The position numbers and the translations under genes are program-made. The notes under the pieces were generated by a model. That model ran no database searches. It was not told where the DNA came from and saw only the letters and a list, made by a program, of their open reading frames with translations. This document shows, in pieces, positions 11,096-21,916 of a stretch of 64,000 nucleotides of DNA. Positions within the stretch are counted from its first letter, which is position 1. Each line of letters begins with the position of its first letter. Source of the stretch: Mobula birostris (taxonomy: Eukaryota); assembly GCF_030028105.1 (NCBI RefSeq), contig NC_092391.1, positions 24,773,223-24,837,222 on the forward strand, written 5' to 3'.

Positions 11096-13978
11096 GTGAG
11101 TCAAAAAAAGTAATGTTGATAATTGCTTTTGTCATTAATACCTTATAGATTAACCCAAATAAGACCAATTTAGATGTTTTTACAAGCATTCTAAATTAAG
11201 TGTTAATCTTTGATTTAATGAGGTTTTCCAAATATTATCAATGGGATTTTTCTAATGCCTCCAGATAAAGTATCAAGACACTTTACATAAGCCTGATCAG
11301 ATTAATACCAAGCAAAAGGAAATTTAGGAATAGGACTAAAAAGTTTAGTTAGGATTATAGGTTTTGAAGAGAATCTTTTTAAAAAAAAAATATGAAAAAG
11401 TTGATTGAGATTGCAGAACTGAAAACTTGGATGTTTGAGGCTACAGCTTCTAATAGTGGATTAAAAGCATAGAGGTTTGGGAAGTGATCAGCTCTTAGGA
11501 TTATTGGGTTAGTAGAAGTTGCAGAGGTATGAAGGGAAAACAGCATGGAAAGATTTGAATATTAAGATAAGAAATTTGTATTTGAGGTGTTGCAGGATTG
11601 GGGAAACACTGGGATTATGTCATTTAGGATATAGGCAATTATAATGGAGAAAGGAAGGTGGAAGGCTGTTTCAGCAACACATGTTTGATGCAGAGGCAGA
11701 GAATTGGAATATTTTAGCATTGAAAATGGATGGTCTTTGTGATAGAGAGGAAAGGCATTTGAGGTTTAGCTCAAGGAGTAAAAAGGAAATGCCATGTGAC
11801 AAATAATTTGGTTCAGTCTAGGATATTGTCCTGGAGGAGTGTTTAAACAGTAGAGATGATAAAAATGTGAGGTTTATAGTGCCAGGTTTAAAAGGAATGT
11901 CAGATTACATTGTCAACTACTATGAATACCAAGAAGGGAAATTGGTTTGTCAACAGTTTATTGCAAAGGGAGTGGACAGACGGCTGAATTTAGTGGAGAT
12001 TATGCTTCCATAAAGGATATGGAGGACAGGAGCTGGCAAGATAGAGCAAAATATGGTTTTAAGGTCAGGGCAGGAAGCAGCCAAGGGGGATGTTTGATTG
12101 ACGAGAATGATGCTGAAAAATAATAGCTTCACTCTTGGTTTAAAGAAAGTTCATGAACTCTGCTAGACATCAGATATGGATCTAAGGAGGTTGGTTGGGC
12201 TTTCCAAGTGAGTTATACTGTGTATGTGCCCTGTGCTTGTTTTCCGAAGGCTGTTATGCATTATGGTTTTACATGATCATTATTATTTTAATTTACCAAT
12301 GCTGTGTTTTAACCAGATATTTATCTGTTAAATAACCTAGTAATTATGCTGCCATCAGTTATGATAGCTCAAACTTTCTACGTTAAAGGAGTTTGCTCTG
12401 ATCTCTCAGCTGTACCAATTACATAAAACACACAACTGTTCAGAGACTTGTTCATTGCAGTTAACAGTTCATTAAACAACAGTGGAGTAGTAGATTGCAA
12501 AGGACTGGTGATGTACTGAGCAATATTGTTGGGAGGAAGAGAGCGAATAAGTATATTGTTAGATTATAAAGTGGAAATGCAAATTCTGTACCTAGTTTGA
12601 TAGTTGGTTTACGATTATCATTATGTCAGTGTGCAAAGTAGGAAAACTCTCATTAAAGAAAAGTGCAGAAATGTAAAACCCTAAGTAACATTTCTACATA
12701 TTAAAACAAATCTTAAAGAATCATCCTTTTCCCAACTATTTTTCTGATCTGCCTTGATTAGACTGACTGGGTCGTGATGTCTGCCTTCTCCAATGGCTGT
12801 AGTGATCTAAATAGGTTCAATACTTTAGACCTATCTGCAACAGAACAGAGCTATCCAGTCCTAACTGCCTTTCTGAAATCCTGTTTGACTGCTTCCTGCT
12901 GTTCTTTTGCCAGTTTTCACACTTCCCTGTTCTGTACAGAAACAACAGGATGAGTTCTTCCTTGCCACAAAGAAATGATCAGTCTTTTGATTCCTTGGGG
13001 CTGTTCCCTGCCATTCATCTGGATAACTTGACTCCGTTTCTCATCTTTGATTTTATCCCTTGATGCCTAATAAAATTTAGCCAACTTAAAGAAAATTATA
13101 ATTCAACTCCACTATCCATGGCCACCCTGCAGGAACAAATTCCAGGTTTAAAAGAAGTGCTACTGAACTGGCCTTTCCTGAAAGCGTTAATAAGATCCTT
13201 TAAATATGAAATTTCCACCAGAAGAAATAGTCACTCTACAATTACTATCACATATTTTTAATCATTTTAATCACATTACACTGCAGCTTTCTAAACTCAG
13301 AAAAAAAGATTTACATTGTTCAATTTAGCTTCATAATTTAACTATTTCAGACATAATTTAAAATTTCATATTTGCATATTTATTCTTATCTCAAATTTAT
13401 CCAATTAGCTTGGAAAGCTGTCAAGAGAGTAATCACTTTTGCTTTGATGATCATTTTTGATCCCTCAGTCATTGAGTTCATACACTGAAGAGTAGAACCT
13501 CTAAAACAAATTTAAATCGTGCTCATCTTTCAAAGTTCAACCTTTTCAATCATGTTGTTTGCCTACTAAGTTATTTAGAGCCAATTTATTCACAAAGTGG
13601 GATTCCATTTTTAAAATTATTGGCTTGTTGCTTAGCCTACCGTAAGTGCAGAGTTACCTGATCAATACAGATAAACAAATTAGCTCTTGTACCAAAACAG
13701 TATGTATCCATTATGTATTGTGACTTTCCAGTATAATACCATGAAAACCTTTCACAAATGCACCTCCATACAATCTTTGAATCTGCAAGTTGATTTCTTT
13801 TTACATGTAGTCATAATTTTTAATGCTGATTGTGCCAATTTTCTGTTAACTCTTATACAACTGATTCTTGTTTTTAAAAATCTTCTTGTATGCATTTCCA
13901 TTTTGATTTGTGTGCTTTTATGATTAGGGCACATTCAATGTAACATAGTGATCGTCTTGGTTCCCCTCCCCTCCACAG

Positions 13979-14100
13979 GCCAGGAATTTGTGGTCCCTGT
14001 GACCGGTTTCCTCTGCAAGCTGTGTCACAAATTCTACCATTCTGAGTCCACTGCCAGATTTACCCACTGCAAGTCACTGATGCATTTTCAGAACCTTCAG
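13979..14100 (+). CDS. CIZ1: CIZ1 exon (matrin-type zinc finger)
   Basis: cag|GC CAG...CAG|gtt. Encodes [40 protein letters not shown]. Confidence 0.95.
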
Positions 14101-17100
14101 GTTAGATGGTTGTTCCATAATGTGGCCTGTGTTTTATTTCCTTTCTCTCTTTGTTACCTTTATCTTTCTTGCTATCTTTCAACCCACCTGATTTGTGTAT
14201 CTGTTGTTTAATATCCTCTCTTCCTACTACTTCTTACTACCCCATCCATCCTCCTTCCTGGGCCCTCTCCCCTCTGCAGGATCACTCTGTTTTTCTGTAC
14301 TTTTTTCCCCTCTTAATTCTGGTGTTTGGTGTAGTCTCAGACTTGCTTTAAAGTCCCTTCATCTCTGTTTTGTGAAAGCAACTAGAACCTTCCCAATTTA
14401 AAAAAAAATCCTAATCATTTGATGTTTCTGAAGTGCTGAGCTAACATTAATTCCCAATGTAATGCTGATGAAAATGTGCCATATTTCTTGAAGTTTTGTT
14501 CTATTCAGTGTACCTCTCATTAACTGGTTAAAATGAAAATGAAATGGTTTATATTTGATCCATACATTTTTGCCCACATATTTCTTGACTGGTGGGGGGG
14601 GGGGGCGGGGGAATGAACAATTTGGATACCAAACAGACTAAAAAGGAATACTAATTTTGTGAATTTAAAGATTGTTGGGACTGAAAAATTATAATTGAAG
14701 TGCCATTGCCCAAAGAGGCTGTGTAATCAAATTGGGAAAGGAGACTTGGGCTCTGAGGTACATTGTTTAGGCAAACCAGGTTAGCTTTGCTTTGCATCTA
14801 TCCTTGTGCTAGATCTGAATGTGTTAAATTCTGTTACTGATCCTGAGGATTTCCCCCTCAGCACAAAATGCTAACGAGGAAATACTGATAACACTATCCT
14901 TGAAGGAAACTGGAGCAAGTCTGTGACCTATTTAGCATTTATGAACTGCATTGATGTTGGTTTAAATCATGGTTACTGTGCTGTTTGTTTTGCATTTGAA
15001 GTAACTATTGTATTATTGCAGTCCAGTTGTTGACACCTTATATTGTTTCTCATTTCATTTCAATGCTCTGAGCTGTTCTGCAGTATATAATCTCAGTTTC
15101 TGTCTGCCACACTAGAAACTGCCTGCTTTATCTAATTCATGTAGTCTCACATTTCTTTTTTAACATCTTGGTGTTGTTCCATATCTTTCTTGTAGAGTTA
15201 ACTTTTTAAAAAAGTAATTGAGCAAAAGGTTATGTCAATTTTGGATTTCAATTCCGAGCTGAATTCCTGCTTTCATGCCATCCAATTCTGAGCACAAAAT
15301 GAGTGAAATACTCCTAATTGTTGTTGCGTAGACTTGAGCTTTGAATACAACCAATAATTTCCCTATTGTATAAGCTATGATGCATGAGTGAGTTTAAAAG
15401 CAGCAGCAAAAGATGTCTGCTTACATTTGATCATCTCCAGTTTTTCAAACACATGATTTTCTCAGAGAATTTTTCAAATAACTTTGTTATCTCAAGGGTT
15501 GATGTGCAGCTTTAGAGCTTCATATTTTTGTTATTTCTATTCTGTTCCAAGCAAAAAGAAATGCCAGTATAATTAGTTTTAGGTGCAATTCCATGCTATG
15601 CAACCTGTTTTTCATTTACATGATGCCTGGTATTTTTAAAATAATGCTTTAAATTTGCTATTGGTTTGCTTTCAGATTGAAAAAAATTCTATAAAACCTG
15701 ACCACTTTTCTGATCTCCAGTTTCATCACTTGGACCTTAGTTTATTGGTACACCTTGCCATAAGCCTTTGGTGTTGGCGTTACTGTCTGTATTCCCATGC
15801 CATGTCTACTGTTCACCCATTGCTTTGATATCTGGTTCTTTCCTGAGTGTATATTAGGATTTATGGATGGCTGAAAGAAGTACTCTGTAGACTTTGTTAT
15901 TAAACAACATAACAAACAGGAAGGTGCATTGGTGCATGTCTTAAATAACTTCATCACGGATTGTTTCCTATCCAAATAATATTTGGTGTTTCAGGACAAA
16001 TATCCTAATAAATTCAAAATGCACTTTGAGAGTTTTACTGCTTGCAAATATCTTGAAGATTAGCATTGGTAAAATGGAAAACCTCAATTGTTCCCATTTA
16101 TTGGGTGAATCTGTTTACCGGTAGGTGAACTATGATTTCAATTACTTCACATGATCACTCTGGTGTTTTGATGCCATTTTTTTCCAGTAGAATTCATCTA
16201 GTATCAAGGAGATGCATGTAAAAGAAAATCCATATTTCTGTCACAATTTTATAGCCATCTTTAATCATGTTATAAATGATTGAATTGTTAACCATTTCAT
16301 AGATGTAGATGTAAATTGCAATGCATAGACACAATAATGTAGTCATAGGGAAGAAATGAGAAGCAAGTGCATGGTTTTCATAACTGGTAGTGATATTAAG
16401 ATGGAGTCCGTCAGCGATGAGTATAAAAGATTGGCTATCATATTGGTGGTATAGTAAGAAAAGAAATGTGATGGAACAAAGGTTAACGTAGCTGACAAAG
16501 GGTTGAACAGAGAAGTGAAGGAGGTTCTTGAAAAAGAACTAGAGCTTCAGATTTGGGTAGTTAAAAGAACATTCTTCACTGATGTGAGGATTAAAGCTGC
16601 AAGACGCTAGAATGAGAGGAGTACAGAAATCTTACACAATTTAGGAAGAGAGGGAGTAGCAAGTCAGTTGAGGATATGCAATATTAATACTTAAATGAAC
16701 CGAGTGAATGAATGGGGGTTATTTTTGAGCTGTGTAGAGGATAGTGTTAAGGTTCATCATATAACAAATTATGTTATAGCCTAATAGGTATTGGGCGCTT
16801 AACCACATTATAAATTCTGGTGGCTGAGTGAGTTAAGTATCGAAATAATTCCCAGAAAAATGGAAGGGAAAATTAGATGAAGAGAACATTTCTTAATTTT
16901 TGTAACATCAGTTACGAGACAAACATCTAGGGGTTGGTCACCTCACCACATTCTTAACCAGGAAAGAGCAGAGGTGTGAAGCTGAAAGAAGACGGCGATG
17001 ATTTTTATAAATTCTATGATTGTTGTTCTGTGCAACAGTAGTTTTGTTTCATGAGCAGTAACGCTTTTTGTAATTTGAGGTTTGATCTTTACCAACTTCT

Positions 17101-17123
17101 TGTCATTTATTTTGTTGAAACAG

Positions 17124-17828
17124 AGTTACAAAGTGCAAAGAGCCCAAGATTATTTGTCAGTATCATATCAAGAATCAGCAGCCTCTGTGGTGAACAACCT
17201 TCATTCAACAGATGATCAAAAACCAGCAAGTGAGAAACAACCAGAGAATGACTTAAAACCTGCCAGCGTCACCGATAATCACCCTGAAATGGAGGAAGCA
17301 AGTTGTGAAGCTGAAACTCCTGCGCCTTTAGGTGATGGCATTGTTACCCATGTAGATGATGGTAACAACAAAGACAGTGTTCCCCCTTTGCAGAACCTCC
17401 AGCAGGAAAGCCTAGATGACATTGATCAAGGTGGTTCAATCATTGATGAATTACCTGTTTCAAAGCTTGATTGTGAATTAACTGTCAGCCCATGTACAAA
17501 GAACGAGGTGTCAAGCGACAGAATGGAGGGGGAGCAAGGAATTAGTTCTGACGTGTGTGAGTCAGGTTCCATTGTGGGAAGTGAGGTGCTCGATGAAGAG
17601 CAGGATGGGAGTGAGGAGTGTGACCTGAGCTTGTCCAAAGCTGAGGAGCCCAGTGAGACTGAGGGTGAGGAAGAGCACCTGACGGAGAAGGAGTGTGAAG
17701 AGACAAGTGTCAAAAGTGAAGAGAATGAGCTGGGTGAGGAGGGTGGGCATCTGGAAGGCAATGTCTCCAAAACAAGATCTGGGAGAGTAGTGCGTGGCCG
17801 TCGTTTCTCTTCAAGACGGAAGAAGTAA
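17124..17828 (+). CDS. CIZ1: CIZ1 terminal coding exon (acidic tail with basic end)
   Basis: cag|AGT TAC AAA continues in phase 0 as SYKVQR (human NLQKYK). 234 codons open to TAA. Confidence 0.85.
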   Translation, partial: SYKVQRAQDYLSVSYQESAASVVNNLHSTDDQKPASEKQPENDLKPASVTDNHPEMEEASCEAETPAPLGDGIVTHVDDGNNKDSVPPLQNLQQESLDDIDQGGSIIDELPVSKLDCELTVSPCTKNEVSSDRMEGEQGISSDVCESGSIVGSEVLDEEQDGSEECDLSLSKAEEPSETEGEEEHLTEKECEETSVKSEENELGEEGGHLEGNVSKTRSGRVVRGRRFSSRRKK

Positions 17829-20802
17829 ATTTATGATGCATTTTTTGTTTTTAAGGGTTAATTATACCACATTGAGCTAAATTTAAAGGCCTGCAGTTGA
17901 TATGATACCTCTGGCACCATATTAGATATATGACATGGTCATCCATCGTTGGTTATATATTTCCTTTTCTCAGTGAGGGAAGACTCGTATAGTGCTGATT
18001 GAATCTGTAACATCTCAATACAGTACCCATTCAGAAGTATTTTTCCATCCTCTTATGGAAAACAAAATGGAGATAACTGCAGTACTCCGAAGATCTTATT
18101 GTATCTTAAAAAATTGTCTTCAGTTATTTTTTATATCCAAGATGTTGCTACATATGTTATATACTGTGGCTGAATTATACCATCTGATTTAATACTCCCC
18201 TTCACAGCTGATGACTCAAATTTGTGTAAACAGAATGATCAGTTGCTTGAGGCCCAAGCTTCCTTTCATATTGGCAAGCCAATGTGGGTGGAATTAAATA
18301 GTGGGTCGACTGGAATTACTTCAAATAGGATCCCTTTGCTTTGTGATCACTTTATGCAACTCTATCACTAAATGCAAAGTCAAGCATCAACCAATTTCTC
18401 AGTACCTTGATAACCCTGTGTTTAAACTGCAGGTGCAAAGTAGACAGCATTGATCTTTCTGAGCCATGTAAGTTAATTCCTTGTTGTGTGAGTTGCTTAC
18501 TTGTATTCACTGGTCATGAAAGTGAAATGCAGCACACACAGACTTGCCTACCCAAGGCAGTTACGCAATTTCTAACAATCTGCCCTCTTTGAAGCATTAA
18601 TGGAATTGGGATTCTTGACCATTGTCCCTGAAAAGGCTCATTCATAAAGTTCACTTTGCTTGTATATGGAACTGGATTAAAGTTAGGCTTTCTGACAAGG
18701 AAAATAAATCTGTTTCCAAAGCATCCTTTCTTGAACAGTGACATTAAATCACATTTAGTTCTTAGCATGCTATACACTGTTCTTGATATTGACACTAGCA
18801 TTCAATTTTTCAGTAACATAAAGGAGGTTATTTAGCCTATCATGCTAATCAGTGAGATTGTGGGTTTCTGTAAACTGACATCAAATATATTCCTATGCCC
18901 CATATCAATTAGCTCCTTCAGTGAACAAAGAAAGGTCTTGTATTTTTGCTATCAAAATTAGCAATTGATCCCATTGTAGAGAACTTCAAATCTCTATCCC
19001 TCTTGAGTGTGGAAGTTTTTCCATCATCATTTGCTTTTCATTTTAAAATTGCCCCTTTCTGTTCACTCTCTCACTCAATAAATATCTTTGATCTTCTGTA
19101 AGACATTAATCAAGTCCCCTACTTTGTTTTCCCTGAAAATTCATTCTAGCTTTCCATTAACTATTATTTATTGGTAATTTTCCATGCCTGTCCATAACAT
19201 TTTAATGATTTACATCATAGAACCTTGAGGCAGTTTCTGGTTTTTCACTGTCTTTGTGATATTTCTGTTATTTGGAACATGTTGCTTACCAGAGTTTGAA
19301 CTGCAAAGAGTCCTGATGGATATATTCCCACAGTAAGGTAATATGATGAAATTCTGTGATACTGACAGATAAGTTTGATATATTACTGCATTTTTTTCTC
19401 TTATATATGTGGAGATTGGCATCTCCACTTGGAATGATCTCCAGCTTCATAACGACAAACAATCCAGCAATTCCTCCAACACTAACCACCTCTAATCTAC
19501 TTCATCCTACCTTACAGTGCTTTGAGGCAACTGGGAGGTAGTTAAATTGCCTCCCACTTGGCTGTCCAGTATATAGATTGCACATTTCCAGTACCATTGG
19601 GGGGGGGGGGGGGGGGAGGGTGGATAAAAGTGAATCTGTTCTGAAAGATTCATATCCTTCCCAACTCTAATAATATTATAACTAATAGGCAATTGCAGTC
19701 AGAAAGATTTGTTTTTAAATATAGTTTATTCAATGCCCCTACCTTTTTTCTTCAGTTTTGTTTACAGCGGTGTCCTGAAAGTTGATCTGATTTGCAGATG
19801 CTCCTTGCCTATCCATAAAAGTTAATACCCTGTATAGACAGTCCATAGACAACCAGATGGAGGGCTGAATATTGTAGTGGCTGGAATGCGGATGGGGAGA
19901 CCTGCATGCATATAGGTTAACTTTGTTTTTTATGGCTTTCTACACATTTCTAGTATTCCAGTTCAAAATGTAAATAACTACTCTTGGGAATAAGTTCCAG
20001 GTGTTAACTTTCTTTGCCTTTTTGTTTTGATTGTAACTTTGTGCTACTTTAAAGGGTAATGGTAACATTTCAACAGGCCAAAAAAAATAGAAAGCAGGTC
20101 TGTCAGTTGTTGAGAGAAAATATTAAGGTTTCAGGCATTGGCCCTTCAACTGCAAATGATTTATTTGAAATATCAGCCTTTTATTCTGAATACAAATACC
20201 GTACATTTGCAGGAAAGTCATCCTTGTAATCTAGATTGCCCTTAAAATGAATTGCTTTCACATCAGGTTCATCCCTAGATACATGGGTTAAGCACTTGAA
20301 GGAATTAGGAGCTTGCAGCTTCCTCCATTTGTTGCTCTATAACCATCAACAATTGTGCAACTCTGTTTTCCATATTCTGCTGACAATGGATATTTTCTAA
20401 TTTAAAGCTGTTTTGGACATTTCTATTAAGTCTTTGCCAGCTTTATTGAGGTAATGGGTAAGATCATTTCCTGAATTAAAGGATGGCTTACAGCCTTTCA
20501 GATAGTGCAACTGAAGGGTGCTTTTGTTGCCCTTTTGATTTAGTTCAGTTCACCTCACTGTCACACCCAGAGATCATCTTGCATCAGTCATTGGAATATG
20601 AGTCTTGTGATAGTTTTCCCTTGTTTTTTCCCTTCTTATGTTGCCTCCTGCCAAGAACAGCTTGGCTGACTGATGTCAGCTCTCATTTAGATGATGCTAT
20701 GTTGCAAACCACTGGAATTACTTAATTTCTTTCAAGTGATGACAGATTTATTTGTGGAGAATTGTTCATGCTTATGCTGATTATGGGTGCTGCTAACAAT
20801 CT

Positions 20803-21035
20803 AGTGTAGTGGTTAGCATGGTGCTACTATGGCTTAGGGCATTGGAGTTTGGAATTTAATCCCGGCGCCCTCTGTCCCATCCCTGTGCACTGCATGGGTT
20901 TTCTCTAGTGATCCACTTTCTTCCCACAGTCCAAAGATGTACTAGTCATTGTAAATCAGCAGTTGCTGGACGGTGCAGCCTGAAGAGCCGAGAAGGCCTA
21001 TTCCGTGCTGTATCTTTAAATAAAAATAAATAAAA
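20803..21035 (+). mobile_element. V-SINE-like tRNA-derived SINE
   Basis: GTGTAGTGGTTAGC head, TTCTTCCCACAGTCCAAAGATGT body, AAGGCCTATTCCGTGCTGTATCT...(AAAT)n tail. Homologous to the copies at 39714 and 54968. Confidence 0.75.
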
Positions 21036-21751
21036 CTTCCAGCGGGAAATTTGAATTTAGTCTTTGGGTCATTTAATAGAAAAGAAAATGGGTTTTGATT
21101 TATATTCAGTACCACCTGGTGAGAAGAGATGCTTGTAAGTGCAGCTTCATTTGTTGTCATTTACACTCCCAACGACAAAAAATGGCAAGTTGAAAATTAG
21201 ACAGCAAACCATTGGTGGTTTTTTTAAAAAATCCAATCCATTAAACTTGCCTAACTATTCAAAAATCATCCCTCCCCCCCCCCCCCCCCCCACCTCCAGC
21301 CCCATCAGACAAACATTATATGTTCGTTCTTCTTGTGGTTAAGCTGTCTTTGGTCTGGAGAAAGGTGGATGATCGTCAATTTCCTGACAATTCAATGTTA
21401 AATATTGGAAAACTAAGCTAGTAGCAGTTAAGTCAAATGAGGAAGGCTCATGAAATTGATTTTATAAATGAGTAAATATGTTGAGTAATTTGACATCCTG
21501 AGAATAAGGAGGTATTATCTGCCATTTATATATGTTTACTCACTTGCTCCTTGATGTTCTGTATTGCCCAGGTTTGAGATTAGAAACTTGGGATGAATAC
21601 CCTAAATTGTTCTTTGACAGATTGATGTTCATTTAATTCATAAGTAATCTTTTCCTTCAACAGCATTGTCCATGCATCTTTCCCCATTTCTCAATTTTAA
21701 TGGCCAAAAATTTGCTGAACACCTTATTTTCCAATGTCAGATCTGGTACAG

Positions 21752-21916
21752 CAGTGGAAACGATATGATTTGGCGATATGAAACGATATGAGTCATCTGC
21801 ACCTTTCCTCATTCCGTCATGCACTGTTGAACTTGAACACCCCCCGGTCAGCCAGTCCGCAAGAATATTGTCAATATTAAACCGGTCTGTGGTGCAAAAA
21901 AGCTTGGGGACCCCTG
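21752..21916 (-). mobile_element. Internally deleted hAT MITE, same family as 9905-10124
   Basis: The reverse complement begins CAGGGGTCCCCAAGCTTTTTGCACCAC...ACCGGTTTAATATTGAC and matches 9905-10076. GTACAG occurs on both flanks. Confidence 0.8.

Noticed and set aside
17426-17770. Antisense Ser-rich ORFs over the last CIZ1 exon
   Set aside because: Shadow frames produced by the GAG/GAA-rich sense codons.
18691-19290. Splice-created TG|A as a selenocysteine codon in the minus-strand exon chain
   Set aside because: The reading frame at this donor is ambiguous, the chain has other stops, and no SECIS was identified.
9971-21290. Poly-G/poly-C runs (~9975, ~14593, ~19599, ~21272) as G-quadruplex regulators
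   Set aside because: Simple homopolymers, one inside a MITE, with error-prone lengths and no supporting context.
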